Origin: Desulfocapsa sulfexigens DSM 10523
GTDB taxonomy: Bacteria > Desulfobacterota > Desulfobulbia > Desulfobulbales > Desulfocapsaceae
NCBI RefSeq assembly: GCF_000341395.1
Contig: NC_020304.1
Location: forward strand, 1,020,001 to 1,052,000
Direction of reading: 5' to 3'
Length of the DNA: 32,000 bases
Positions 15,583 through 24,553 of the stretch are shown here, one piece after another. Numbering within the stretch: the first letter of the stretch is position 1; each line of letters starts with the position of its first letter. The notes under the pieces were generated by a model, which was not told the origin of the DNA, did no database searches, and saw only the letters and a list, made by a program, of their open reading frames with translations. A program made the translations under genes and the position numbers.

Positions 15583-16797
15583 ATGACACAGCCTCAGCCT
15601 GACATTTCCGGCCCCGTAGAGATCGCACAAGACATTTACTGGGTTGGCAACAGAAACGATAAAGGATTTGAAAGCAATGCTTACCTGAGAGTTTTCAGGG
15701 GAAATGGAAAACAATTTAATCTTCTGATAGATCCGGGACCAAGCCCTGATTTTCATGCCATAGCCAGTAAGATTGAGCATGTTCTCGGGAAGGATTACAG
15801 TCTCGATCTGGTTTATCTCAATCATCAGGATCCTGATGTCTGTATCAATACGGTCCACTTTCAACGTCACTTTCCAAAGCTCCAGATTGTTACCTCAGAA
15901 GACACCTGGCGCCTGGTCCGTTTTTACGGCCTTAAAGAAAAACAATTTATCGCCACTGAGAATTTTAAAACCGGAAAAATCAGGGTGAAAACCGGGCACC
16001 AATTACGCCTTATACCTACTCCATATGCCCATTTTCGTGGGGCGTGTGCTCTATACGATGAAGAACAAAAAGTCCTCTTCAGCGGAGATCTTTTCGGCGG
16101 ATTAACCACCTCGACCAATCTCTACGCTACAAAAGAATATTGGGATGGAATGAAAACATTCCATGAAATCTACATGCCCACAAACCTCGCACTAAAAAAG
16201 GCAGTTCATGATTTCAGACAACAGACCGATGATCTGGAAATAATAGCGTCCCAGCATGGTCAGATTATCCGCAGGGATCTCATTAATTTTTTTATGGCCA
16301 AGCTGGAAACATTAGCAGTTGGCCTGGATCTCAGGGATGATTCTCGGCTGGTCATAGAGAATTATATAAATGCCTTCAATGATATTCTCGATAAGGTTCG
16401 TACCAATATCGATGAGACCATTGTCAGCAATCTGCTGAATACTTTCAAGTCAGACGGTACTTTTCCCAACCGTCTGATTGTAAAAAATGACAAAATCTAC
16501 AGCCTGAAGGTAACTGTAGAAGAGGCATTCAGATTATTTGCCACTGAACTCTGCCACAGCCTGAGTATTGACCAAAAACCCATTGCTAAGGCAATTGTGA
16601 TCGATACCATTGCCGATTGGCACATTACAACTGAAACACCATGTCCTGGTGACAATCCTGACGAACACCAGAATAACATGCAGGAAGATATGCTTGAGGA
16701 GGGAGAAAGCAGCAAAGATACTGCCATTGATAATCCTCTTGATTTCGAACAAGAGGAACTGGACAACCTGCTGGATGATTTAATGGGCAATAACTAA
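15583..16797 (+). CDS. Oxygen-binding diiron (ODP)/flavodiiron-like MBL-fold protein lacking flavodoxin domain, with C-terminal extension
   Basis: 404 aa from ATG 15583. NHQDPD, TPYAHFRGACALYDEEQKVLFSGDLFGG, IASQHGQIIRRD correspond to FDP/ODP metal-ligand regions; no flavodoxin domain; acidic C-terminus EQEELDNLLDDLMGNN. Confidence 0.75.
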   Translation: MTQPQPDISGPVEIAQDIYWVGNRNDKGFESNAYLRVFRGNGKQFNLLIDPGPSPDFHAIASKIEHVLGKDYSLDLVYLNHQDPDVCINTVHFQRHFPKLQIVTSEDTWRLVRFYGLKEKQFIATENFKTGKIRVKTGHQLRLIPTPYAHFRGACALYDEEQKVLFSGDLFGGLTTSTNLYATKEYWDGMKTFHEIYMPTNLALKKAVHDFRQQTDDLEIIASQHGQIIRRDLINFFMAKLETLAVGLDLRDDSRLVIENYINAFNDILDKVRTNIDETIVSNLLNTFKSDGTFPNRLIVKNDKIYSLKVTVEEAFRLFATELCHSLSIDQKPIAKAIVIDTIADWHITTETPCPGDNPDEHQNNMQEDMLEEGESSKDTAIDNPLDFEQEELDNLLDDLMGNN

Positions 16798-17150
16798 TTT
16801 CACTCTTTTCCATCCCCTTTGGTTCGCCGTTCGCAGATCCTACCCTAAGAATTCAATAACAGTGTAAGCGGCGTAGGGTTTGATATCAATAACCGGTACC
16901 ACTTTTTACCATACCGGACTGTCTCGAAATACCTAAACTCCCAGTGCTGATTTCCACTTATTTGTGATTACTAATGCAAGTAGCTGGAAGCGATTTTTCC
17001 CCTTGGCTCTTTACAAACGAACTCATATCATTCATTCTTTAGAAAACACTCTCACTCTTTCCCGGTTGTTTGCTAGAATAAGGTGGGACGATAATCACAG
17101 CGTTCTGTAAAGTATATAGACTAATTTCCGTACATGGGGGACAAAGGGAA

Positions 17151-18473
17151 ATGGGAAAAAAAATCATACTAGCCGCCGGATGCCTGTTGGTACTCGGTGC
17201 GTTCCTCCTACTGCAGAACGGTAAGCAGCCCTCTCTGCCCTCCGCTGTGCAGCCTGTTTCCATGCCCATAACCTTGTATCATTATTTTTCCGGAGCATTG
17301 AGTGGCGGGCTTACAGAGATGCTCGAAACCGTGAACAGCCGTGAGCCTGGTAACCAGGTCATTGCCAATGGCCTTGATCATGAGGCTTTCAAAAGTATGA
17401 TCCTGTCCACCCTGGAAAAAGGGAATCCACCTGAACTCTTTACCTACTGGGCAGGCTCCAGGACCGCCGAACTGGTCCGTCAAGAGAAGCTCCAGCCCAT
17501 TGATGACATGTGGGAGGCATTCAAACTGAGTAACCGTTTTCCTGCTCCGATCATCGAGGCGGCAGTCACCTATGAGGGAAAAAAATACCTGCTTCCCATC
17601 ACCCAGCATCTTGTGGTCTTTTTTTATAATAAAACGGTTTTTGAAAGGGAAAATCTGTCTGTCCCAACAACCTGGGAAGAGTTCCATACCCTCTGTCTGC
17701 ATCTTAAGGAGAAGGATGTTGTTCCCGTTGCCCTGGGAGCAAGAGAACGCTGGCCGGCACAGTTCTGGTTTGACTATCTGCTGCTGAGAACAGCTGGAAC
17801 GGCGTACAGGACCAGGCTGATGCGCGGAGAAGCATCCTATACTGATCCGCTGGTGGAACGGGCCTATACGCTCTGGGGCGAGTTGATTGCTGACGGATTT
17901 ATGAACAGCGATGCCAATAGTGCTGACTGGAACGATGCTGTACAGATGGTCTGCAATGAACAGGCAGCCATGACGCTCATGGGCACCTGGGCCATCCAGT
18001 TATTTACAGAAGGAGACTGTGGGCTTGAGGCCGGCAAGGATTTTGACTTTTTTGCCTTTCCCACGGTTGATCCCGCAGTGGAAAAAGCTGCAGTTGGTCC
18101 CATCGACGGAATTGTCCTCACTCGCCATTCGGTCAATCATGAGTTTGCCAAAAGTGTTCTGGCCTATTTCGCCGAAACCGATTCCCAGGAAAAGATGAGC
18201 AAAGGCTCCGGGGCCCTTGCCCCAAACATTGAGGTACCCAGAGGTTTTTATTCACCATTTAAACAGCGTCTTCTCGATGAGATTGCCTCTACCCGCTTCT
18301 GGGCCTTTAACTATGATCTGGCAACTCCACCGTCTGTGGCGGAAAGAGGAATGGACAGCTTCAACGAACTTATTGAGTTCCCAGGTCAGGTGCGGCCAAT
18401 TCTCAAGAACCTGCAAAGTGATGTCGCGCCACTGTTCCTTAATCAAGAAAAACAGTCAACTATTTCCAGATAG
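17151..18473 (+). CDS. Family-1 (sugar-type) extracellular solute-binding protein, orphan
   Basis: 440 aa; N-terminal signal/TM, ITLYHYFSGALSGG, YEGKKYLLPITQHLVVFFYNKTVFERENLSVPTTWEEF, EQAAMTLMGTWAIQLF, all typical of family-1 binding proteins. No permease or ATPase genes adjacent. Confidence 0.85.
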   Translation: MGKKIILAAGCLLVLGAFLLLQNGKQPSLPSAVQPVSMPITLYHYFSGALSGGLTEMLETVNSREPGNQVIANGLDHEAFKSMILSTLEKGNPPELFTYWAGSRTAELVRQEKLQPIDDMWEAFKLSNRFPAPIIEAAVTYEGKKYLLPITQHLVVFFYNKTVFERENLSVPTTWEEFHTLCLHLKEKDVVPVALGARERWPAQFWFDYLLLRTAGTAYRTRLMRGEASYTDPLVERAYTLWGELIADGFMNSDANSADWNDAVQMVCNEQAAMTLMGTWAIQLFTEGDCGLEAGKDFDFFAFPTVDPAVEKAAVGPIDGIVLTRHSVNHEFAKSVLAYFAETDSQEKMSKGSGALAPNIEVPRGFYSPFKQRLLDEIASTRFWAFNYDLATPPSVAERGMDSFNELIEFPGQVRPILKNLQSDVAPLFLNQEKQSTISR

Positions 18474-18488
18474 GTTCCCATTCCCATC

Positions 18489-21140
18489 ATGTCCTTTCGC
18501 CTAAAACTCGGTATTGGTTTTTCTTCTGTCCTGTTGCTTATGGTCCTCGCCGGTCTCATCAGCTGGTGGGGGATGGACAGTGCCCTGAGTCGGCAAACCA
18601 TGCTCTATCAGTTGAACAGTACCCTGGAAGATCGGTTCAATAAGTTGGTGCGGGAAGAACAGGCCTTTGCCAACACTGAAGACCTGCTTCATTCCCGCGC
18701 TGTCTTTCAGATCCTGGCCAGGATTCGAAAACCGATTCACGATGTCCTGACCCAGCCCCTGGAGGCGGTACAGCAGGAGACGGTTAAAAATCTCCTTGAA
18801 GCCCTCAAGGACTATGAAGAGAGTTTTTCCGCATTTATTACCCATGATGTGGACATGCGGACCATGAAAAGCAGGATGCTCCAGGAATCAAAACGGTTGA
18901 TCAGCAACGGCAGTGAACTCAGCCGGGCCGAAGCAGATATGGCTGTCCTTCAGCATCTGATGGGAGAGATCCTGATCGCAGAAAAGAATTATCTTCTGTC
19001 CGGCAGCAGTGAGGCTGCAACAGAGGTTGTGGAAACAGTGAGAAAGCTTCGAGAAAAAGCAGAAGTTGCTCGAGAAAACTTCAGTGATAACGAGTTGAAG
19101 CTCAGGGCCTTTCGCATTGCCACAGTGGCTGACGTCTATCAGGAAATATTCAGCAATTTTATCAAGGAAAAAGAGGAACTGCAGCAGGCTGCTTTGCGCA
19201 TGGAGCAGGCCCTTAGCCGTTTTACTGAAAAATTGGCTCAGTATATAGCCCGTGAAACGGCCATTGCAGGAAAACAGGTTGCTATCCTGCGTTTGGTGTC
19301 CCTGTGCATTTCTCTTCTGGCCGTAGGGCTGGGCATTTTTGCCACGATTTTTCTCTCAGGCCGTATTACTAGACCTATCGAAAAACTGAAACACTCCGCC
19401 GCGCAGATTGTTTCCGGCAATCTGGACACCTCGGTGGTCATCAGCAGCCGTGATGAAATCGGTGAATTAGGTCATATCTTTAACCAGATGGCCGGGCGTC
19501 TGAAAGAGAGTTTTACTGATATTGAGCAGTATCGTGACCACCTTGAAGAGTTGGTTAGAGAGAGAACCCTGGCCCTGGAAAAGGAGAATTTTGGGCGACG
19601 TGAGGTAGAAGCAGCACTGAGAGCAAGTGAAGAGAACTTGTCGCTGATCATTGAGGAATCTCCAATGGGCATCATTCTCTGGGGGATGGATTTTCAGGTG
19701 ACCAGATGGAACCAGGCTGCAGAACGGATATTTGGCTATCCTGCAGCCGAGGCCATGGGCAGGCAGGTGGCTTTTATTGTTCCTCCACAAGCCCAGGCGC
19801 ATGTGGAGACCGTCTGGCAGCAGCTGATAACCCAAAAAGAAGATGGAAGCAGAAGCCGGAACGAAAACATCACCAGCAAAGGAGATACTATTCTCTGTGA
19901 CTGGTACAATACCCCTTTGGTTGATGCTTCAGGAGAGAATATCGGTGTCCTTTCTCTGGTTGAAGATGTCACCACCCTGGTTCGCACGGAACAGGAGCTC
20001 CTCAAGGTAAAGAAGATCGAATCCACCGGGGTCCTCGCCGGAGGGATTGCCCATGATTTCAATAACATTCTTACGGCAATCCTGGGAAACATTAACCTGT
20101 CACTTATGGACCAGGAACTTACTCCCCGTACCAGAGCGCTGCTCAAGGCCGCGGAAAAGGCCTCTGTCCGTGCCCAGACACTCACCCAGCAACTGCTCAC
20201 CTTTGCTAAAGGTGGAGATCCGGTCAAGGAAGCCACAGATCTTGGACAGGTTATCATGGATTCAGCCAATTTTATCCTCCACGGAAGCTCCATTGCCTGC
20301 TCCTATGCAATCCCTGATGACCTTTGGTATGTTACTGCTGATAAGGGACAGATCAGCCAGGTTATTCAGAACATCGTACTCAACGCTGTGCAGGCAATGC
20401 CTGGTGGAGGCCAGCTGAGCATCAGCTGTACGAACATTGAGCCCGGGACAGATGAATTTGTGGAGGATTCAGCAGATCAACGTTTTGTCAGAATAGATAT
20501 CGCTGATAGTGGAGGAGGGATTCCGGTAGAACTGATGGAAAAAATATTTGATCCCTATTTTTCCAATAAACCACAAGGCAGTGGACTTGGTCTGGCCATC
20601 ACCCTTTCCATTATCAACAAGCATCACGGCAGGATTGGGGTACATTCTGCGCCCGGTGGTGGAGCCGTATTCTCTGTCTACCTCCCGGCTTCCGAAGTTA
20701 CGGAAGCAACCCCTGTGACTGCAGGAACCGATTCACAGGTTCCTGGGAAAAAGGCACGTATCCTGATCATGGATGATGAACAGATGGTTCTGGATGTCCT
20801 TGCCACCATGCTTCAGGCTGTGGGGCATGAGGTACTTATCAGCCGGGATGGAGACACCTGCATCCATCTCTACGAAGAAAACCTGCAGAGCGCCACCCCT
20901 ATTGATCTGATTATCATGGACCTGACCATCCCTGGTGGGAAAGGTGGCAAGGAAACTGTTCAGGAAATTCTGCAGCGTGATCGCCAGGCCAGGGTGATTG
21001 TTTCCAGCGGATATTCCAACGATCCAGTAATGGCCCATTATGCTGAGTACGGATTCTGCGGCGCTGTGTCCAAACCTTTTTGCCTTGACGAACTCTCCAG
21101 TGTGATCAATACAGTTCTTGCCCGCCAGGAATCGGTGTAG
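18489..21140 (+). CDS. Hybrid sensor histidine kinase (helical periplasmic domain, HAMP, PAS, HisKA/HATPase, REC)
   Basis: 883 aa; two TM segments flanking a Glu/Leu-rich helical region, HAMP (SGRITRPIEKLKHSAAQIVSGNLD), PAS (LIIEESPMGIILWGMDFQVTRWN), GIAHDFNNILTAILGN, GSGLGLAITLSIINKH, receiver ILIMDDEQMVLDVLATML...IIMDLTIPGGKGG. Confidence 0.92.
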   Translation: MSFRLKLGIGFSSVLLLMVLAGLISWWGMDSALSRQTMLYQLNSTLEDRFNKLVREEQAFANTEDLLHSRAVFQILARIRKPIHDVLTQPLEAVQQETVKNLLEALKDYEESFSAFITHDVDMRTMKSRMLQESKRLISNGSELSRAEADMAVLQHLMGEILIAEKNYLLSGSSEAATEVVETVRKLREKAEVARENFSDNELKLRAFRIATVADVYQEIFSNFIKEKEELQQAALRMEQALSRFTEKLAQYIARETAIAGKQVAILRLVSLCISLLAVGLGIFATIFLSGRITRPIEKLKHSAAQIVSGNLDTSVVISSRDEIGELGHIFNQMAGRLKESFTDIEQYRDHLEELVRERTLALEKENFGRREVEAALRASEENLSLIIEESPMGIILWGMDFQVTRWNQAAERIFGYPAAEAMGRQVAFIVPPQAQAHVETVWQQLITQKEDGSRSRNENITSKGDTILCDWYNTPLVDASGENIGVLSLVEDVTTLVRTEQELLKVKKIESTGVLAGGIAHDFNNILTAILGNINLSLMDQELTPRTRALLKAAEKASVRAQTLTQQLLTFAKGGDPVKEATDLGQVIMDSANFILHGSSIACSYAIPDDLWYVTADKGQISQVIQNIVLNAVQAMPGGGQLSISCTNIEPGTDEFVEDSADQRFVRIDIADSGGGIPVELMEKIFDPYFSNKPQGSGLGLAITLSIINKHHGRIGVHSAPGGGAVFSVYLPASEVTEATPVTAGTDSQVPGKKARILIMDDEQMVLDVLATMLQAVGHEVLISRDGDTCIHLYEENLQSATPIDLIIMDLTIPGGKGGKETVQEILQRDRQARVIVSSGYSNDPVMAHYAEYGFCGAVSKPFCLDELSSVINTVLARQESV

Positions 21141-21242
21141 CTTTCTTTAGCTACTCCTTAACCTGCGGACCTTAGAAGCATGTCGCCTTCCATATCAATC
21201 ATTGTCAGCTTGCTGTTCGGTATCTCCCGATCTTTGATTCTT

Positions 21243-23468
21243 TCAGGAAAGAAGGCTACGGAGGGTGTGGGAGAGGTGGATCTTGTTCAGCGGCTTTTTG
21301 ATAAAAGACTCGATGCCGTACGCTGCAACCTTTTTCTGCAGTTCGGAATTACTGAAACCGCTACAGAGCGCAATGGGCATAGAAGGGGCAATTTCTTTAA
21401 TTTTCTTACTCAATTCCAGTCCGGTCATCTTTGGCATGGACATATCAGTGATGACCGCATCAATATCGGTTACATGTTCAGTCAGCCACTGGTAGGCAGC
21501 GGTACTGTCCTCCATGATCGTGACCTGATAGCCCATTTCTTCCAGGAGAATCTCCCAGTAGAGCATGACCTCTTTTTCATCTTCTACGACTAGGAGATGT
21601 TCACCTTTACCCATGGCTACCCTGTCGTTTGTTACCTGTTCTTTATCAATATCGTCCTCAAGGTAACAGGGAAAGAGTAGGGTAAAAGTGGTTCCTTGAC
21701 CAAATGTGCTCTGGGCCATAATATGACCATTTGCATTGGTGACGATGCCATGAACTACTGCCAGGCCAAGCCCTGTACCGTTTCCTGTATCTTTGGTGGT
21801 GAAGTAGGGTTCAAAAATTCTCTCCAAGATCTTATTCTCCATACCGCATCCCGTGTCACTCACTTCGAGTTTGAGATAGGAACCAGGGACAGCGTTAAGC
21901 AAACAGTTTTCTTCAGTCATCTCAGTCTGGCTGAGGCTTACTATGAGCTGACCACCATCGTCCAGCATGGCATGATAGGCATTGATACAGAGATTCATCA
22001 TTACTTGATGGATCTGTGAGGGGTCGGCCAGGGTTGGACAACACTCTGTGTCAATATTTTGGACTATATTGATGTTTGCGGGAATGGTAGCCCGCAGTAA
22101 TTTGAGGGCCTCAAGGATAACAGGATGGAGCCTGATAACCTTACTCTTGTGCTCAACCTGACGACTGAAGGCGAGGATCTGGGCTACCAGGTCTTTGGCC
22201 CGCATCCCTGCTTTTTCCACCTTTCCCAGGTGGAGACTAAGGTCATCTCGGTCAGGCGGCAATTTCTGCATTGTCAGCTGAGTGTAACCCAGGATGGCGG
22301 TGAGAATATTGTTGAAATCATGGGCAATCCCGCTGGCCAGAGTACCGATTGCCTGCATCTTCTCCATCTGCCGTAAATCACTCTCAATACGTTGTCGTTC
22401 CTCCATCTCTTTTTTCAGAGCCAAATTGCTTTCGGCAAGTTCTGCGGTACGTTCAAGCACCCGTTCTTCCAGTTCTTCGTTGGCTTGAGCAAGGGAGCTG
22501 TTCAGGTTGATAATGGTGTTTAGAAGTTTATCAAAGCTAAAATGAAGAATAAGGGCGGTGAGGGTAAGCAGGCTCAAGGTGAGGAGTACGATTTGGGTAA
22601 TGAAACGGTTGAGACTTTTTAAATCATCAGTGATATCAAGGGCCACAAAAATCTTAGCCAAGGGCTCAGTTTTGTAGGTATTGAGCGTAATATTAGAAAA
22701 GACGAGGAAATCTCTTTCGTTGAAGCGGATTCTTTCATCCTCTGTACCTGTATTGGAGAGGGGGGGGAGAGCGGAAAAAAGTTCACCGTTGTGGGATATG
22801 ATAACATTTGGGCCATGTTGAATGACCGGAGAGTCAAAGTGGGTCACCTTTTGCCAGTTACTGGTGCTGGTAACGAGGGCAAGATGGGGGCTGATTTGTT
22901 TTTGCAGGAGTTCAAGGAGTTGCTCAAACTTAATACCAAAACCTATGCTGCCAATGTATTTCCCTTGGTAAAACATGGGATGCACAACTCGGTAAAAGAG
23001 GCCTGAACGACCAATTTCATAACCACTCGTTTGTTCTTGGACCCTATGAACATGGTTGAGGATAGGGCGGACGTTGCTTAAATCATCTCCGTGGAATTCA
23101 GAAAAGTGCATCCGTAAAAAGGCCGTGCCATCCGGCAGGTTGAATTGCATGTTGCGGAAATGTGGGTTTTCTTTTTTGAGAACATTGTAAAAACCGGCTA
23201 CAGACTGTTGCAGGGATACTCTGTCCCGTTTGGCAAAGGCCTCAATAACTCTCTGTTTGGTCGTGGCCAGACTGACAATGCGAGTCCGGTAGTTGGAAAA
23301 TGCCTGTTCCTGAAGCATTTCAGCAAGAAACAAGGCGCTTTTTTTCTTGGTCAGAATCTTGTTTTCTAAATCCTGATGCTGGTGCTTGATACTGATACTC
23401 AGATAGGCCCCTGTCATACAGGTAATGAGGAAAAGAACTAAGATGATAGCCTTGGTGCGGATATTCAT
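21243..23468 (-). CDS. Hybrid sensor histidine kinase (periplasmic Cache-like domain, HisKA/HATPase, REC)
   Basis: 741 aa; two TM, periplasmic region with FRNMQFNLPDGTAFLRMH and VVHPMFYQGKYIGSIGFGIKFEQLLE, GIAHDFNNILTAILGY, GTGLGLAVVHGIV, receiver LLVVEDEKEVMLYWEILL...VITDMSMPKMTG. Confidence 0.92.
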   Translation of the reverse strand: MNIRTKAIILVLFLITCMTGAYLSISIKHQHQDLENKILTKKKSALFLAEMLQEQAFSNYRTRIVSLATTKQRVIEAFAKRDRVSLQQSVAGFYNVLKKENPHFRNMQFNLPDGTAFLRMHFSEFHGDDLSNVRPILNHVHRVQEQTSGYEIGRSGLFYRVVHPMFYQGKYIGSIGFGIKFEQLLELLQKQISPHLALVTSTSNWQKVTHFDSPVIQHGPNVIISHNGELFSALPPLSNTGTEDERIRFNERDFLVFSNITLNTYKTEPLAKIFVALDITDDLKSLNRFITQIVLLTLSLLTLTALILHFSFDKLLNTIINLNSSLAQANEELEERVLERTAELAESNLALKKEMEERQRIESDLRQMEKMQAIGTLASGIAHDFNNILTAILGYTQLTMQKLPPDRDDLSLHLGKVEKAGMRAKDLVAQILAFSRQVEHKSKVIRLHPVILEALKLLRATIPANINIVQNIDTECCPTLADPSQIHQVMMNLCINAYHAMLDDGGQLIVSLSQTEMTEENCLLNAVPGSYLKLEVSDTGCGMENKILERIFEPYFTTKDTGNGTGLGLAVVHGIVTNANGHIMAQSTFGQGTTFTLLFPCYLEDDIDKEQVTNDRVAMGKGEHLLVVEDEKEVMLYWEILLEEMGYQVTIMEDSTAAYQWLTEHVTDIDAVITDMSMPKMTGLELSKKIKEIAPSMPIALCSGFSNSELQKKVAAYGIESFIKKPLNKIHLSHTLRSLLS

Positions 23469-23475
23469 AAAATCC

Positions 23476-23500
23476 AGATTGAGGATTGAGGATTGAGGAT
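23476..23500. repeat. Tandem heptamer repeat (GATTGAG)x3 + GAT
   Basis: ...cca GATTGAG GATTGAG GATTGAG GAT ccc...; sits 8-32 nt upstream of the start codon of the minus-strand kinase gene. Confidence 0.85.
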
Positions 23501-23675
23501 CCCATTGGAAACCCTTACGTTGTGATATCTGTTTTCAGTGTAGCAAAAAGGATTTCGCTTGCCAATATAATCTCTGTAATATTGCAAGATTGCACAAAAG
23601 AAAGAGAAAGCAACAAAGATGCCCCTGAAGACATCCTCTCGATTATAACCAAAGTGAACTGGACAGCCTGCTGGA

Positions 23676-24377
23676 TTACTCAATAGGAATCACTAAAAAC
23701 ACAGTAAATCCTTTTTCCTCCGCCATCCAGCGCACGTTAACATCCCAGAGAAGCATTCCATATTCCCTCTGGAGCCCCCGTTGGCTCGCCGGTCGTGGAT
23801 CCTGTTCCAGAACCTCAGTGATCAAGCTTTTCAAATTCCTGTTTTTCTCCTGCTGATAGCGCTTACAACTGGCTTCCGCTTCAGAGCTGAACTGCACAGC
23901 CATCTTTTGTTTCGCAAACTGAACAAAACCACTGGTTGCGTCTTCAAGCGCATCACTGTAGGGAACATAGGGTTTGATATCAACAATCGGTGTCCCGTGC
24001 AACAGGTCCAGTTCACTGATATCGAGAAAGAGCCCGCCTTTCTCTTTGCGCAGTCCATGATAACGAACAACAGAAAGCCCCAGGAAATTAGGCCGGTGCG
24101 GAGTCCTGCTTGCAAAAAGACCCACTCGTTTCTGTCCTCCAAGCCACGGAGGCCGCACCGTGGGACGCCAGCCATCAGCGATGGCTTCATGAAACATAAA
24201 CTGCAGCCAGATATGGGAAAATGTATCGAGTTCGGTAAACATTTCCTCACGATCGCAGGGGGCTAACAGTTCGATAGCACCCGTACCACTTTTCACCAGG
24301 CCGGGCTGTCTCGGGATACCAAATTTCTCCCTGTAGCAGGAGTGGACCAGCCCAATTGCTTTAATTGTATACTCCAC
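23676..24377 (-). CDS. trmO: tRNA (N6-threonylcarbamoyladenosine37-N6)-methyltransferase TrmO (TsaA/YaeB family)
   Basis: 233 aa; IGLVHSCYREKFGIPRQPGLV, LDTFSHIWLQFMFHE, RVGLFASRTPHRPNFLGLSVVR, GTPIVDIKPYVPYSDA. GTG start with GGGAG upstream. Confidence 0.93.
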   Translation of the reverse strand: MEYTIKAIGLVHSCYREKFGIPRQPGLVKSGTGAIELLAPCDREEMFTELDTFSHIWLQFMFHEAIADGWRPTVRPPWLGGQKRVGLFASRTPHRPNFLGLSVVRYHGLRKEKGGLFLDISELDLLHGTPIVDIKPYVPYSDALEDATSGFVQFAKQKMAVQFSSEAEASCKRYQQEKNRNLKSLITEVLEQDPRPASQRGLQREYGMLLWDVNVRWMAEEKGFTVFLVIPIE

Positions 24378-24553
24378 TTTATTTCTCCCAAAAAATGAAC
24401 TTCCCCCGGAACTGCAGAGAAATATTGATAAGTCACCCGTATCCGTGTAAATAGCAGGCAGTTGAAATCAGAACAAGCGAATTCATTCCCCTGCTTCTGT
24501 TTTCAAGACCGCTACTTCATGACAACCCTACTCACACTGTACATCGTTGCAAG

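Noticed and set aside
17151-17230. Lipobox-like LAAGC near the SBP N-terminus
   Set aside because: The Cys follows only about 10 residues, leaving too short a hydrophobic region; an ordinary signal peptide or TM anchor (LLVLGAFLLLQNG) is more plausible.
21180-21593. Plus-strand 137-aa ORF at the end of the second hybrid kinase
   Set aside because: Antisense to the conserved receiver domain of the minus-strand kinase; explained as a shadow ORF.
23465-23686. Overlapping small ORFs (72 aa minus, 66 aa plus) in the gap between the kinase and trmO
   Set aside because: Mutually antisense, no RBS, include the heptamer repeat and vector-like low-information sequence; no supporting homology recognised.
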